Of a stretch of 64,000 nucleotides of DNA, positions 12,358-25,835 are shown one piece after another. Every line of letters begins with the position of its first letter. Within the stretch, counting starts at the first letter, position 1. Position numbers and translations under genes: made by a program. The notes beneath the pieces are model-generated. The model saw nothing but the letters and a program-made list of their open reading frames with translations. It did not search any database and had not been told where the DNA came from. The DNA is from Eledone cirrhosa (lineage: Eukaryota): the NCBI GenBank assembly GCA_964016885.1, contig OZ024747.1, positions 79,050,001-79,114,000 of the forward strand, in the 5' to 3' direction.

Positions 12358-14104
12358 CATAAAGAGAAAGACTTGGAACAGACTACATTGTAAGATGTTA
12401 GCCTTGAGATATTCAGTTGTAAGTTTGTATACTCTTATTTGGGAGAGATATTAACTATGATTTTACTATATATTGAATGAAAGACACTGCCTATTATTTT
12501 CAAATCATGTTGAAAATAAGCAAGAATTTAGAGAGGTTTAATATTATTTTAGTGTTTTTATTTAAGATTTATACTTTCAGACATAAATTTCTTTTCTAAT
12601 TCTGTATAAGAATAGAATTATTATTACTCTATTCATTACCTTCCTTGCCGTGCGTGCATGCGTGTGTGTGTGTGTGTGGACACCCATTTCTTTGTAGTTT
12701 ATAATTTGGTTGTTTCAGTAGAATCTGGGAAAGTTGAAAGAACAGTTGTTTTACAATCAGATCATAGTCTGCCATAGTAAATGAACTAGTAGTGCTACAG
12801 CCATCACTCACAATCGAGTATGACTTGGTAGTAAATACCATGCTTTCACTAAGGGTTTTAGGTGCCTAAGCAGCCATGAGCAGACAAACACTCTCCCTTA
12901 ATCCAATGGAATATCTAGAATGGGGCAGTTGAATGGAGAGAGAGAGGGCTGCACCAGTAGTGGACTGTTATTTTTTATTAACCCTGAAAGGATGAAAGGC
13001 AAAATGGACATTGGTAGGATTTGAACTCAGAATACAGAGACGCAGAACATATATTCAACATTCTAATTACTCTACTAAATCAGATGCCATCATAGTAAAC
13101 AAAAGCTATGCAAAAGCACTAATCTTTCTTCCTATCACCATTTTGATGATGATCCAGGGACTTCCTTCTCCCACTGCCTATGGGCAATGCAGTGTCTCAT
13201 CGGAAATATTAACAAAACAAAATATGAATAATACATCCATTATCGTTATGTTATCATTAATTTACTTAAGGACACAGCAGAATGATAGTAGCAGAGTTTG
13301 GTCTTGAGTGAGTAGTCAGCATATTAAGTAACCACCGAACCAATATTATGCCTTAAATTTGAAACCCCATCCTTGCCCTGATCCTATTGCTGTGATGCTG
13401 CTGTTCTACAAGCAATGATGCTTGTCATTTAATACATTTCAATCAATTCTGTTTCCAATTTCGTAGAACTCTCCATCTCAACTATCATTTGCATATCTCG
13501 GTGAAGATATTTTCATATGCATCCAACTGCATCATTGATAATAACCAGTCAGCTCACTTTTCTCCAGCTATGTGAAACTAAGCATTTAATACATTAGATA
13601 ATAATTTTATGAGTTGATATAACATTTCAGGCAACTACTATTGCACCAATATTTCCAGTGCAATAACTGTATAGAAAATGCAGGGACACTAACCTATATT
13701 CAAAGATCATACATTGATAAATGTCTAAAAATAATAGCTTTTTTTTATTCTTTTGTTAATCAGATATAAAATCTGAAGCATGCTGTGTTAGATACTTTGT
13801 CCTAAAATGCAACTGCAGGCTTGGAGAGGAATAAAAGATTTTTATGTGAAAACCAGGATATTTAAAATTTCCCCTATATAGTCAAGGCCTTCCGCTACAA
13901 TTTTTTTTTCTTTTATCCTGTAACTGGTTTCAGTCATTAAACAGTTGTGAAGCTGGAGTACTATCTTCAGGGGGTTCAGTTCATCACATTAACCCCAATA
14001 TTCACTTTTTTAAAGTCAGGGATTCAACAATTCAACAAATAAAAATCGATAAGTTGAGTTATTGGATATAAACAAACAGTATACAGACATGGAAACAATA
14101 TATA

Positions 14105-14459
14105 TCATCATCATCATTTTACGTCCGCTTTTCCCTGCTTGCAAGGGTGGGATATCATCATCATTTCATCATTTTATTTTACGTCCGCTTTTTCCCTGCT
14201 TGCAAGGGTAGGACGAGAACTAATTCTGGCTTGATTTCTACAGCTGGATGCCCTTCCTAACACCAACCTCATTTACAGTGAGTGCTGGGTGCTTTTTTCC
14301 ATGGCGCCTACATGTCCAAATTACAGTGTGGGCTGGGTGCTTTTTTTCCGTGGCACCTCCACGACCACTTTTGCAGTGGAATGATAGGGACCCCACTCCT
14401 ATCATCTCATTTCTACAGCTGAGTAAACTGGAGCAATGTGAAATAAAGTGTCTTGCTTA
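14105..14459 (-). mobile_element. SINE family C core fused to RTE 3'UTR, with duplicated tail
   Basis: AGCAAGACACTTTATTTCACATTGCTCCAG core, then CTATCATTCCACTGCAAA linker, then sequence matching the LINE 3'UTR at about 45855-45995; two tandem tails. Confidence 0.8.
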
Positions 14460-17231
14460 TGTGCCTCCATATCTATATATATGTGTGTGTGTGAAATCTG
14501 AACCACAGTGCCAAGCAGTTTCAGCTTGTGTGTTTAGCAAACCTTTTTACTACACTCTTGAAAGACTTACTGAATACACAAGCCGGAACTGCTTGGCACC
14601 CCGGTCGGGATTTTAACATATTTCTATACTCACTCCACATCTCCCCATGATTAGTGGTCTCCACAGACTATTTATATATACACACACATTCTTCGTCCAT
14701 TTACTGAAGTTAATCAGGTAATTACTTCAAATGTCTTAACAGAGCTAATACTATAGTTTGGCATAGAAAAATGTTCGAATATGACAAAAATGAACATTTT
14801 ACTGACAACTAAAAAAATATATTTTATTTTTATAACTGTAGAAAAATAAAATGAATGGAATATCATACACATAACCCCTCTCTCTAAAAAAATCCTTTTC
14901 CTCTTGACTATGCAACTTGCAACTTTTGAGTCAACATTAACTATATTCAATTGCACTAATAGACATTATATATAAGTATTATTTGGCTATTATTTTAAAG
15001 GTAAACTGCCCAGGGTTTACCAAAGACTGAGTTTTTAGATCTACTTGTACCACATTTCTAGTGGTGAACGACAAAATGATATGTGGTACGATATTTGCTT
15101 ATATGAGTTACAAAGGCAGATAGAATCCTTTGTGGTAGTCATTCCAGTTCACTGCATTCTGAGTTCAAATCTTGTCGTGGATTTTTAAGGTAAAAAAATT
15201 ACAAGAAATCAGCAGTTCTCAGACCAGGAGAGAGATTGACTCCACCAAGTTTGAATGCCCAAGATTCACTGTGTCATATTGTGCCCCTACCATTCAACCT
15301 GGAGTTAAGGGCCCATGCATATATTTACATACCTTTCTAAGTTCTATGCTCAAATCCTAACCAGATCAATTTTGACTATCCTTCTGAAGACAATAGTTTA
15401 AATACCAGTCAAGGACTGGAGTCAATGCAATCCTTTTTCTGGAATTAAGTATACTTGAAATACTAATTTATTCCTACATGCACTGTGTGTCCAGTTTAAA
15501 ATAGGTACACTGTATCTCTGCATGTCATAAGTAACTAAAACGGTTAGTATCAATAAGAGCATTTGGCTGTATAACATTGCCTCAAAACATCTCATCCAAC
15601 CCATGCTAGCACGGAAAGATAAACATAAAAATGACGATGATGATGAATTCCTATTGACAAATATCGTGCATACAACTAACGGCCTACAAGATAACATCTT
15701 AATTTTAGTCATGTTCAATGAATTTTTTCAAAATTGATTTTGCAATGAAAACCCAACCAAATCTGCTGCTTTAAGAATTTCAATTTTAAATAAAAGAATG
15801 TCAAAAACAGTGTTAATAAGTCTCTTCAAGGAAATGTGTTGCAAATCGAAATTTCACTTTTAACGCTCTCATGAATGGACGATATTATTTTTATGATTAC
15901 AAACCAAGATATGAAAATTAAGTTATATTGAATTGAATTTTAGTTGTATATTCACTATGACCTACTCCTTATTATTGTCTCTCTCTTGTTAGTGTTATTT
16001 TTTTTCTAGTTGAACATGTCTAATTTACCTCCCTTGATTATCAGAATTTATTTCAGGGCTTACAGTAGTTAATAAAAAATTTTTTTTAAATGTTAACTAT
16101 AAGAAATATACTTGCGTATAAACGAATTTGTGACAACTTTTCTACTGTTAGCTTTTCAAAGATTTATCTGGTTTCTATGCTTTTAAATTACAATTGCTGG
16201 TTTAATTTGTATCCCTCTATAACAAACACTATATAATATTGCCATAACATTTATTTTTCAGGCTTAACTATCTTCTCTAATAGTAGCTCAATCTCAAACA
16301 TCTCCTGTATATTGGCAATAATACCAACTCAACCCAAAAGTAAGATCAAAAGCAACATGGATGAAACTTTTTGAAGGACATATATGACCAAATCTTTGAA
16401 TGCAATATATACATAGTGTAGACACAACATACTGAATGGTTGAGAAGATTGCTTTGTAATCATTAAATTCCACTCCATAGCATCTTGGGCAAATGTCATT
16501 TACCATAGCCTTGGTCGGGTCATGTTTTGTTTAAAACACCATCAGATAGACTGTATCTGTAATTAAAGGGCCAGCCTTGTCACACACTGTAACACACTGA
16601 ATCTTCATAAGAATTATGTTAATGGTAGTACAGGACCATTTACTTGTTAATCTTATAAACAGACTGTTCCATTGATCAAACAACTAGAACACACATTATC
16701 AAAACTGACAGAGGTCCATTCTATAAACATAGTCAAGGAATCAAAAATAATTTTCTCACATATCAGCTAAAAGCACCTTCAAATAGAGACCCCCATGAAT
16801 ACAACATTACTCAGCAAGACTGGTGAACAATACTGGTGGACTGGTGCAATCATGCCAAAACACATCTTCTATTTTTTGAAGAATAGAATCTGAATCATAT
16901 TTATGAAGGTTATGTGTTGAGATATACTTTCAGCCCTCTAAGATTGATACAGAAAGTATTTAAGGGAACTAAAAATAATGCATATTTTATTAGGGTTCAA
17001 ATCAATAGCAGATGCGATAATCTTATATTTGGCTGTTTTTGTTGTAGTTGTTGGTAATAATTGGCTTATATATATGTATAGACCCATAATTCCTGATGGA
17101 GCCATAAAGGCACCATTATGACATATGGCACTTTAAACCTGGCACAGCTCGTTCATTCTTCAGGTCTGAACAAAGCTAATTTCTTCCAAAGATGGAGAAA
17201 GATGGGAATTGGGAAAAAGACATAGAAAAAG

Positions 17232-17390
17232 AATCAACCCCAGTGCTGGACTGATATTTTATTATCGACCTCAAAAAGATGAAAGGCTAAGTTCACATTG
17301 GTGAGATTCGAACTCAGAGCATGCAGAGAGCTGAATGAATACTGTAAAGCATCCTATCTGACATTATAAAAATTCTGCCAATTCACTACC
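17232..17390 (-). mobile_element. tRNA-derived SINE, family A
   Basis: CTGAGTTCGAATCTC B box and GCCTTTCATC...GGTCGATAA core in reverse. Confidence 0.75.
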
Positions 17391-17528
17391 TACAGTTGGC
17401 TGGTATCATTATACTACCAACAGTTGGCTGGTATCATTATACTACCAACAGTTGGCTGGTATCATTATACTACCAACAGTTGGCTGGTATCATTATACTA
17501 CCAACAGTTGGCTGTTATCATTATACTA
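17386..17528. repeat. 28-bp minisatellite x5
   Basis: Unit CTACCAACAGTTGGCTGGTATCATTATA, head-to-tail with no spacers. Confidence 0.95.
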
Positions 17529-18273
17529 AAAGTGAAATGTTCTGACAGAAACAACTTATATGCAATAGGATTTTATTTTAAGATAGGAAGAAAAAGGATA
17601 ATTACAATTTAATATTTTAATATATAAGAAGTCCAAAGTCTATTATTTAAAAACTATGATTATTGAATTAGAGAAGTTTAAACTTCCATAACAACCAACT
17701 TTATACAGATAAAATGTGTTACAAGAGAGCAAGAAGGTTAATTATATGTAGTTTTTCAGAAATATGAACTTTTTTCATTGCCAGGATGTGCAAATGGGTG
17801 TAAGCAACTGATCAAAGATTAGCTTATTTGACAAATTTCTGCAGAGGAAAAAGCAGGACATTGCCCAAAGAATGTTTTTTTGAAATGAGAGAAGTTATAA
17901 TAGAGGCGTCACCAGAAAAAGCAGTTGGATGATTTTAATAAATAAATAAAGAAATAAAAAAAAAGAAAAAGAAACAAAGCAACAAAGCAACTTTTTCCAA
18001 TTCTGACACTACGGTAGAACAAGATGATTTCAAAAAGTATTCTTTTCTTTTTCTAATTTTTTTTTTTGTTGAAAACAATCAACAAGAACACGAAAAAGAA
18101 TAACAACAAAAATATGTGAGTGTACAATTACAAGTTTATTTCCCAAGTTGAGTTGTCTCGCCCCAAGATAAATAAACCATCATAAACTCTGAAAAATAAA
18201 AAGCAAACCTTTTAAATCTAAATGTGCATGTGTGCATGTGTGTATTTATACATATGTGTGTATATATATCATA

Positions 18274-18615
18274 TGAGGTGTGTTAGAAAGTAACAGAACT
18301 TAGTGTGCTCTGTGAGCTATGAGTGGTGGGGTAGGGATTAGCAAGTTGTGTCACTGTGTGATATAATATCCAGGGAATATATAACTGTGATCTCAGCTCC
18401 CTGCAGCTTTTGTTAACAGCTCCTCAATTTTAGGCTGTCAAGCGATGAGCACAGAGCCATGAACCAACCTGAAGTTTCTTGTCCGACTGGGGAAACTCCG
18501 TCAGAAGAACTCAGAATATGGCAACAAATGTTTGGAGATGAGACAATGTCACACTCATGGGTTTTTGAGTCACACAAAAGGTTCAAAGAGGGACGCAAGG
18601 ACACGAAAGACATTG
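18274..18615 (+). mobile_element. mariner transposon 5' fragment (TIR-like end + N-terminal HTH), pseudogenised
   Basis: TA-TGAGGTGTGTTAGAAAGTAAC start; from 18445 MSTEP*TNLKFLVRLGK/TPSEELRIWQQMFGDETMSHSWVFESHKRFKEGRKD matches the mariner N-terminal HTH pattern. Confidence 0.85.
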
Positions 18616-18617
18616 GA

Positions 18618-18659
<42 letters not shown>

Positions 18660-18925
18660 TACAAAAATTTGTGTGTGAATTCAGGTTCATTCTGTTCCCC
18701 AAAGACTTGAAATTTATATTTTAATTTTATCTAGATGATGTATGTTTTTCAATAAAAGAATGCAATAAGAATTTCATATGGAATATGTCCTTGTGTTAAG
18801 CTACAATAGTGGTAAAAAATAATCTAACAGCTTAATACACCCAGCCAAAAACACTGTATAAACTTCTATAGATATTCTGAGGTGTGCCTTCAAAACCATG
18901 TTCTGAAATGCATTACTAAATATCA

Positions 18926-19153
18926 TTAACCCTTAGCATTTACATTACTCTATATTTACTATTGTATTTTCATTGTAAAGGCTTTACCTTATATAATTAT
19001 CTCACATAACATCGAATCTACGAGATTTTTATATTATTTATTTTGAGAACAATACCATAACATAAGTATGAGCAGCTGGTTACGGCTGGTTTGAACAGAA
19101 AGAGGTGAGACGATTCTGGCTGGATACAGCTGGTTTAAATGCTAAAGGGTTAA
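18926..19153. mobile_element. TTAA-flanked piggyBac-like MITE, family 2
   Basis: TTAA-CCCTTAGCATTTA...TAAATGCTAAAGGG-TTAA; inverted copy at 40627-40842. Confidence 0.85.
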
Positions 19154-19345
19154 GCTTTTTGTTACCAAATTTTTAATGAAATACACAGTATTTGAATTAA
19201 TTAATGAAGAATATGGAGGGATTTACTAAAATTATTCATAATTTCATTATGATGATATTTGTAACATAATAAAAGGTAAAAAATATGTGTTGAAAAGTTT
19301 TAACTTAAATATCTTTTAAAACAGATGGCTTTGTTTCATAGAAAT
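19150..19345 (-). mobile_element. TTAA MITE family 1 (partial)
   Basis: TTAA..TTTTTGTTACC..AATGAAATACAC..ATTTACTAAAAT matches the family 1 right end in reverse. Confidence 0.6.
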
Positions 19346-19945
19346 GAAGTTAGTTTTGACATTGATTTAGGTTTTTTTTTTTTTAAAGAAATTAGGCAAT
19401 GATGTAAAATGATTGTTGTAAATCTGCAATAGTGTAAACTACAGTAAACAGAAGTGTTTGACAGAATGATATATTCGGTTGACGAATTATAGTCCAACAA
19501 CAACGGGGCCGAAGTCATGACTTCCTTGTCCTTTCTATCATTAATAGATGTCCACTAAAAGCTGTAATTTAATATCACCACAAATCACCACACCTGCTTA
19601 CTGTTTGTTGATCTCTATAGATAGATACCTCACTCTCAATGTGTTGTTGTCTGTTTTTAAACTACAGGCCATCCACAAGTTAATATCAGGTTTACAAACA
19701 TAAATAATTATGAACTGATCTCCATAAAGCCTATTATATTAAAAAATTGAGTTGCCAACAATGGTTGGCAACAACAAACTTGCAGACTACTTTGCACATC
19801 AAAATATTACGCATTTAAAGTTGTTTGTTGACTCAAGGAAGGACACTTCACCATCACTATTTTTATTCAAATCATGTAAATAATGTGTTGCATTTATCAT
19901 TTGTATTATTTGACTTCAATGTTTCTTGAGTTTACCTAGGATACC

Positions 19946-20470
19946 ATGCCTCCAAAGAGTAAATACAATGCAAGTGATGACAATAGATCAAATAAAAGGA
20001 AAACAATCATGATTGAAATAAAATAATATAGTGACCAGGAATAGGTGAAACACCATTGGTCAACGCAAATGTGTTAAGCTACAATCGATTAATGATTGGG
20101 ACAATGTTAAATGGCAAAGTGAGAATCCTGATAAAAGCTACAATTATCCCAAAGTAAAGCAGCGATTTAATTCTTGAAATGGAAAAGCTAAGGTAATTTA
20201 GTTAGTCAAAATTATTGTACACATATTGGCTTTGGCTTAGTCCAAGAAAAAAGACTGAAGCCATTTTAATGATTTAAAACCTGCATATGAAAATTACAAA
20301 GAAAAATTTGTTGCAAGTATATGTTGGCTCAATCATTTTAAAGGAAAGGTAAATTTATTCAATATTAAAGTGCAAGTGAGTGCTGATGGATGTGCTGTGA
20401 GTTTCATGAATTGCTGAAAATAATTATTATATAGAAGTGCAAATATCTAACATAGATAAGACTGATTTGA
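19946..20470 (+). mobile_element. Tigger/pogo transposase relic (CENP-B-type HTH region)
   Basis: Broken frames: MPPKSK..NKRKTIMIEIK, GETPLV..YNRLMIGTMLNGKVRI, ILEMEKL, FVASICWLNHFKGKVNLFNIKVQ, ISNIDKTDL (cf. IFNVDETGL). Confidence 0.8.
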
Positions 20471-20555
20471 AGGTTGGTAGTATTTGAGGAAGAAGGTTGT
20501 TACTTAGAAAGCCCATAATGCTGGCCTTCTATCTATATTAGAAACCATTATTATT

Positions 20556-20726
20556 AATCGGTAGAGAGTCGGACACCATACTTTGAAGCATAGAGTTACG
20601 TCCCTTTATGATCTGAGTTCAAATCCAGCCGAGGTTAACTTTGCCTTTCATCCTTACGGGGTCAATAAAATAAAGTACCAGTAATACACTGGGTAATTGC
20701 TGGCCTTGTGCCAAAAGTAGAAACAA
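20556..20726 (+). mobile_element. tRNA-derived SINE, family A (short-tail subfamily)
   Basis: CTGAGTTCAAATCCAGCCGAGGTTAACTTTGCCTTTCATCCTTACGGGGTCAATAAAATAAAGTACCAG; same short tail as the 50806 and 58183 copies. Confidence 0.85.
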
Positions 20727-20752
20727 TTATTATTACCATTATTATTATTATA

Positions 20753-20964
20753 GGGCAGTGGATTGGCAGTATCGGTGGAGCATCAGACATACTTTGCGAC
20801 ATATAGTTATGTCCCTTTACATTCTGAGTTGAAATCCCATTGAGGTTAACTTTACCTTTCATTGTTACGGGATTGATAAAATAAAGTACCAGTAATGTAC
20901 TGGATCAATTTAATCAACTTTCCTCTCTCCCAAAATCATTGGCCTCTGTGCCTGAATCAGAAAC
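20753..20964 (+). mobile_element. tRNA-derived SINE, family A (long form), tandem to previous copy
   Basis: GGCAGTGGATTGGCAGTATCGG head, B box, core, GTGCCTGAATCAGAAAC end. Confidence 0.85.
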
Positions 20965-23199
20965 CTTTCCATGCATGATTTAAAACAAACTTGCTGTTAA
21001 CATATTTCCAAATTACAGGTAAAAATTGTTTTTTGAATTTGGAAGGATGAACAATATCATTTCATAATATTATATGAGATGTAAGATGTTTAATTGATTC
21101 AGAAACAATTTCCTTGCTACTTAACCACCCAGATGCTACGCCTCATATAAATAAATAATAATAAATCTTTTTCTTAAACAGATTTGAAATCTCAGAATAA
21201 CAGTCAATCTAAGCAGTTGTAAACTTAACATGTTTACCATACCTTTATAATGCAACTACTTCAACTATGAGCTAAAGTGTTTTGAACTTGATTCACCCAT
21301 CACAAGAATTTTAATAATTAACAATTATTCTTAATTATTTGCTTTATTAATTTTTGTGGTCGTTTTATCGTAAGAAATAACTGTTTAGCAAAGTTAGTCA
21401 TTTCGATACAAACAATTTTCAAACTATATTATTACTTGGTAATAACTGTGTAATGTGAGTAAATATACTGATAATTCTCGAAGAAATGCTCCATTAAACT
21501 TAATGTTGCTCCAATCTACAGTTGATATGGTGATGGTTATGGTTGAACAAACCTCATATAACCCATGCAAGCATGCAAAATGAAAAAGTAATGTTACTAT
21601 CATGTTTGATTTGATTCAGTGTTAATGACAACCCACATTTAGAAGACTGTGTTGTACTGTATATGAATGAACTATATTGCATGCCAGGATTATTTAGAGT
21701 CCAGTTGTATACCAAAACAAATAATTACATAGTGGATTATATCTGATTTTGTATGCTGCCTTGTTATACTTATTGACTATATCCATGCCAGAAATGAATA
21801 AGCTACAACAATAATAGATCAGTCAACATCATTTTATGATTAGTTTCTATGTGGCATATGTTAGATAGGTTGTCACAGTGTGAGACTGATTATGTTATAT
21901 CTTCATTGTACAATCTATACCCAGATGCCATTCCTAATGCTGACCATCTTACCACAACTTTGTTTTCTAAACAAAATATTCATAGAAACATGATTTACTT
22001 CTCATATAGTTTTCACATTTAAAGGATATAACGTCGAATTTTATTTTTCTGACCAAACTCTGTCTTTTCACCTTTTCATTTTTACATTCCCTTAAAAAAT
22101 TAGTTAATTATTGATTATTGAAACTGCTGATAATGCTCTACATTAATTGATCTATTCTTGACAAGAAATTACTAAGAAGATCTTCAGTAAAATAATAAAG
22201 AACAAATTAATATATGGAATTTTTAAATAAAGCCCACTGTTCCAACATTTAACAAGATATTTTTTAAAAGTTTCAAATAGCAATTGAGATATAAGTCGTG
22301 CACAACAAAATAGATGACAAATGCCAGAACTAATACTCGAGACATTTTGACTTACATTTTAATGACTCTGCTAATTTGTTTTTTAAATATGAATTGAAGG
22401 AACTTATTCTAAGAAGGAAAAAGTATTTGTATACATAGAATAGTAGCTAATGCACCATAGAGTCAAGAAAAAAGCCAAATATACTCAATGCCCACTTTTT
22501 TATTGTGTCATAAATCATTTTGAGTTTGCATAACAATTCAAAACATAAATATGTATTCTTAACAACAAATAATAGATAAGAATCATGTTATATATATATA
22601 TATATATATATATATCTCAAGGAATGAAATTTATTAATTTTACTTCACAATCGTTCATAATATTTTGTTTTACTAATTAGCTGTTGAATTTCCTTGTAAA
22701 CAATATTAATGGTTTTAATTAAATAATGTTTTTATTGAGCATCTCTGCCGGCACTATTTCAATCACAAATACATTGCTCCCTCTTATACTTATTCCTACT
22801 ACCATCTGCTATATTGTTATGGACAAATATTAGGTAATCTGAATTAACTTTTAGCATTCTAGCCATATTTTTATAGTAATTCTTTTAATACTAACCCACC
22901 CCTTCTCCTTCACATCAAACAAATTTATTCCACTTTTGAACAGTTTGGAGGAGATGACTAGTGGAAAAGTGTATGCATTTGGTGACTTTAGGTAATGGTG
23001 GTTAAATGCTTAACTGCAGATCAGTAGCTGCAGAGTGCTCATAAGTGAATCTTTACCAAATGTGCTTGTAAGTTCTTTTTTTTTAAATGTGTCCAAATGT
23101 GTCTTTCCAGATATGTTAGTAATTGTTATTGACCCTCTGTTGGTTCCAATGGCGAGTGTTCCAACTGTATGAACAACAGAACAGCCTGCTTGCAAAATT

Positions 23200-23310
23200 G
23201 ATTTCTTCTTTGACCCTATAACTGTCAATTTCAATAGTTGGTCTCTCTGTTGGGTCAATTGGAGGTAATCTCCCTTCTTCCCATTCATTAACCTCTCATA
23301 GTAACATTTG
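23200..23310 (-). mobile_element. old RTE LINE relic
   Basis: CYYERLMN/WEEGRLPPIDPTERPTIEIDS versus SHYDRLLNEENAWEDETLPQVDPIERPAVQVSS in the 43.4 kb copy. Confidence 0.65.
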
Positions 23311-25294
23311 TATGGTTATGTATAGTGATTATGTTTTGGTAAAGTTAAAGAAGATTAGACAAATTTTTTTAGGCCTTTGTTCATGGAAGAAAGTCAAGCC
23401 TGATGTAAAGTGTCTTTGTTGTATGTGTGCAGAATGATATGGATGATAAATAGGAGTGGGTATTGTTAAAGAGGATAAAAAGCTTTGACAATACCAACCT
23501 TCTTTGGTTTAAAATACATATGCTAAATGTAGAGGCAGTTCAATTCTACACATGGTCAGAGATGCTACGATTTATTATAGGTATGCGGTGCTAAACCTCA
23601 GAATTTCCAGTTGATAAAGTCTAAACAGGTAAGGGATGTTGCAAAAGAAGCATGAAAAAGTAGAACTTCTGCTATGCTTCACAAAGCCAGGTACTTTCTT
23701 TACCTAGATTGATAAACAACAACCTTACACATGTCTTGGGATATCATAGATTAGCTGAACAAGAAGTTCCTACAACATCGAGTATTACCACTGATTATTT
23801 CATATCCAGTACACAAAATACTGAATAGTGAAGACAAAGATAAAACATTAAATGTAAGACAACATATTCTGAAAATGAATGAAAGTTATAAAAAAATTGA
23901 ATTAAATAAAATGAATCTTATTAAACCCACTAAAAGGTACCATGAAAAGTAAGATTAGCAAAGACAAAAATGTTGAATTATATTATGGTAATGTGTGTGT
24001 GAGCATGTTTACGTGTGACTGGGGAAAATTTCCCAGGAACGCCTACTGCATGAAAATGGCACAGTGTTTACTAGCTTAATCATTATGTAAATGATTAATT
24101 CTCATTAAAAAAAAGGCAAGGGGGACAATGACAAAATTTTAATTAATTTTAATATTAAAATATGATTCAGTTGTAAGATACATGCATAAGCGTGCACACA
24201 TACACATACATACACATATACACATACATAGACATGCACAAACACAGATAGACACATGTACACACACACACACACACACACACATGCATGTTTAAATGAG
24301 TATGTGTGAGTTTGTGCAATATGTAAATATTTGTTGTAAATAAATAGTCAAAATTTAATTCCCAATAAACACATTAGCTTTCCCTTAAACCGATATTTTC
24401 ATTTGCAATGTTTCTATAGCAACTGGGCTGTCCTTCCCACTCGTCAATGATCGAATGGTCAATACACTGATGTAAGCAAGCAGAGTAACATTATGCAACA
24501 ACACAATATTCTATCAATAATACTCTTGCACAGACATATTTTTAGAGTACATACATACTTGACAACAAGCAAAGCGTAGCGAAGCATCACCATGACAGTA
24601 AGGTTTATGAAGGAAACAATGGAAACAAATAGATAATGAAACACAATGTGCTTGTACTTCTTACAGATTGTAATAATACAAATATACATTAAATAATTAC
24701 TTTAGTAGTAGCTGTAGTTATGAAGCACTTACCTAGCTACATACTAGTCTTCATACCTAAACTATTCATATAACAAATAATATATTTAAATGGCCCCTCC
24801 CATAAACACATAGCTACCCATCTTTGCCAACTTTTAATCTACAAATATTATGATGGTTGATGGAAAGCTTATTGAAGACAGTCCTAAAATTATCTGCTGC
24901 CATCAAATCCTCATCCACCTACCCAAGAATACCAGCCTCGTTTTTAATTTATATTTCTATAAATAGTAACGACGCCATCCCAATTTAGTGACATTGAGTG
25001 TTTGGCTGGCTGCTAATAGAAATCTATCACTTCCATTTGCAAAGCGACTCCAAAAGCATTCTTGTATTTCTATTTGCAGCTCTTGTCTGTTGATGTCCAA
25101 AATAGATGTAAGGCTAATGCCAATCTTCTGGAGATAAATGGCCTTCTAGATGTAAGGAACAGCAGAACAATTTTTACTATGTGGTAGTTATTTCCCAAAT
25201 CACACCTTTAGGTAGAGTACACTTACATTCATAAATAACTTAATTACATAAATACAGTATGTGTGTGTATACATAAGTGTATATATATATACAT

Positions 25295-25330
<36 letters not shown>

Positions 25331-25437
25331 GTTTGTGTGTGCATATATATATATATATGTATATTCTTTATCATATATATCATATATACATTCTTTATAT
25401 ATTCTTTACCATATATATCATATATACATTCTTTATC

Positions 25438-25469
<32 letters not shown>

Positions 25470-25835
25470 ATGATAAAGAATGGTTTTCTGAAGTGGAATG
25501 GAAAAAAAAGACCACAATTAAATAAGATACTCAAATCATTAGTAGATAACTTACATGACTCATTTCATATAGAAATGACTTCTACAGGACTAGAACTGTT
25601 TCATTCATTTGAAATTCATACTAATGAATCAGTTCTAGTCTTGTAGAAGTCATTTCTACCTGAAATAAATCATATGTGTGTGTGTATGTGTGTGTATGTG
25701 GAAAGAAATGAAGCTTACAGTGTGCAGGAGTGGAGATGGCAGTAATATGATGGACATTAAAACGACGAAGATGGTGAAAGCAAGGAAAAGCGGACGTAAA
25801 ATGATGATGTTGATGATATTTGCTCTAGGGTTCTT

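Noticed and set aside
17386-17528. CRISPR-like 28-bp palindromic repeats
   Set aside because: No spacers, no cas genes, eukaryotic context
24960-25180. Stop-free frames and a TTTCTATTTGCAG acceptor-like site suggesting a host exon
   Set aside because: No recognisable protein motif and no convincing donor; such signals are common by chance. Small host exons cannot be excluded without RNA-seq
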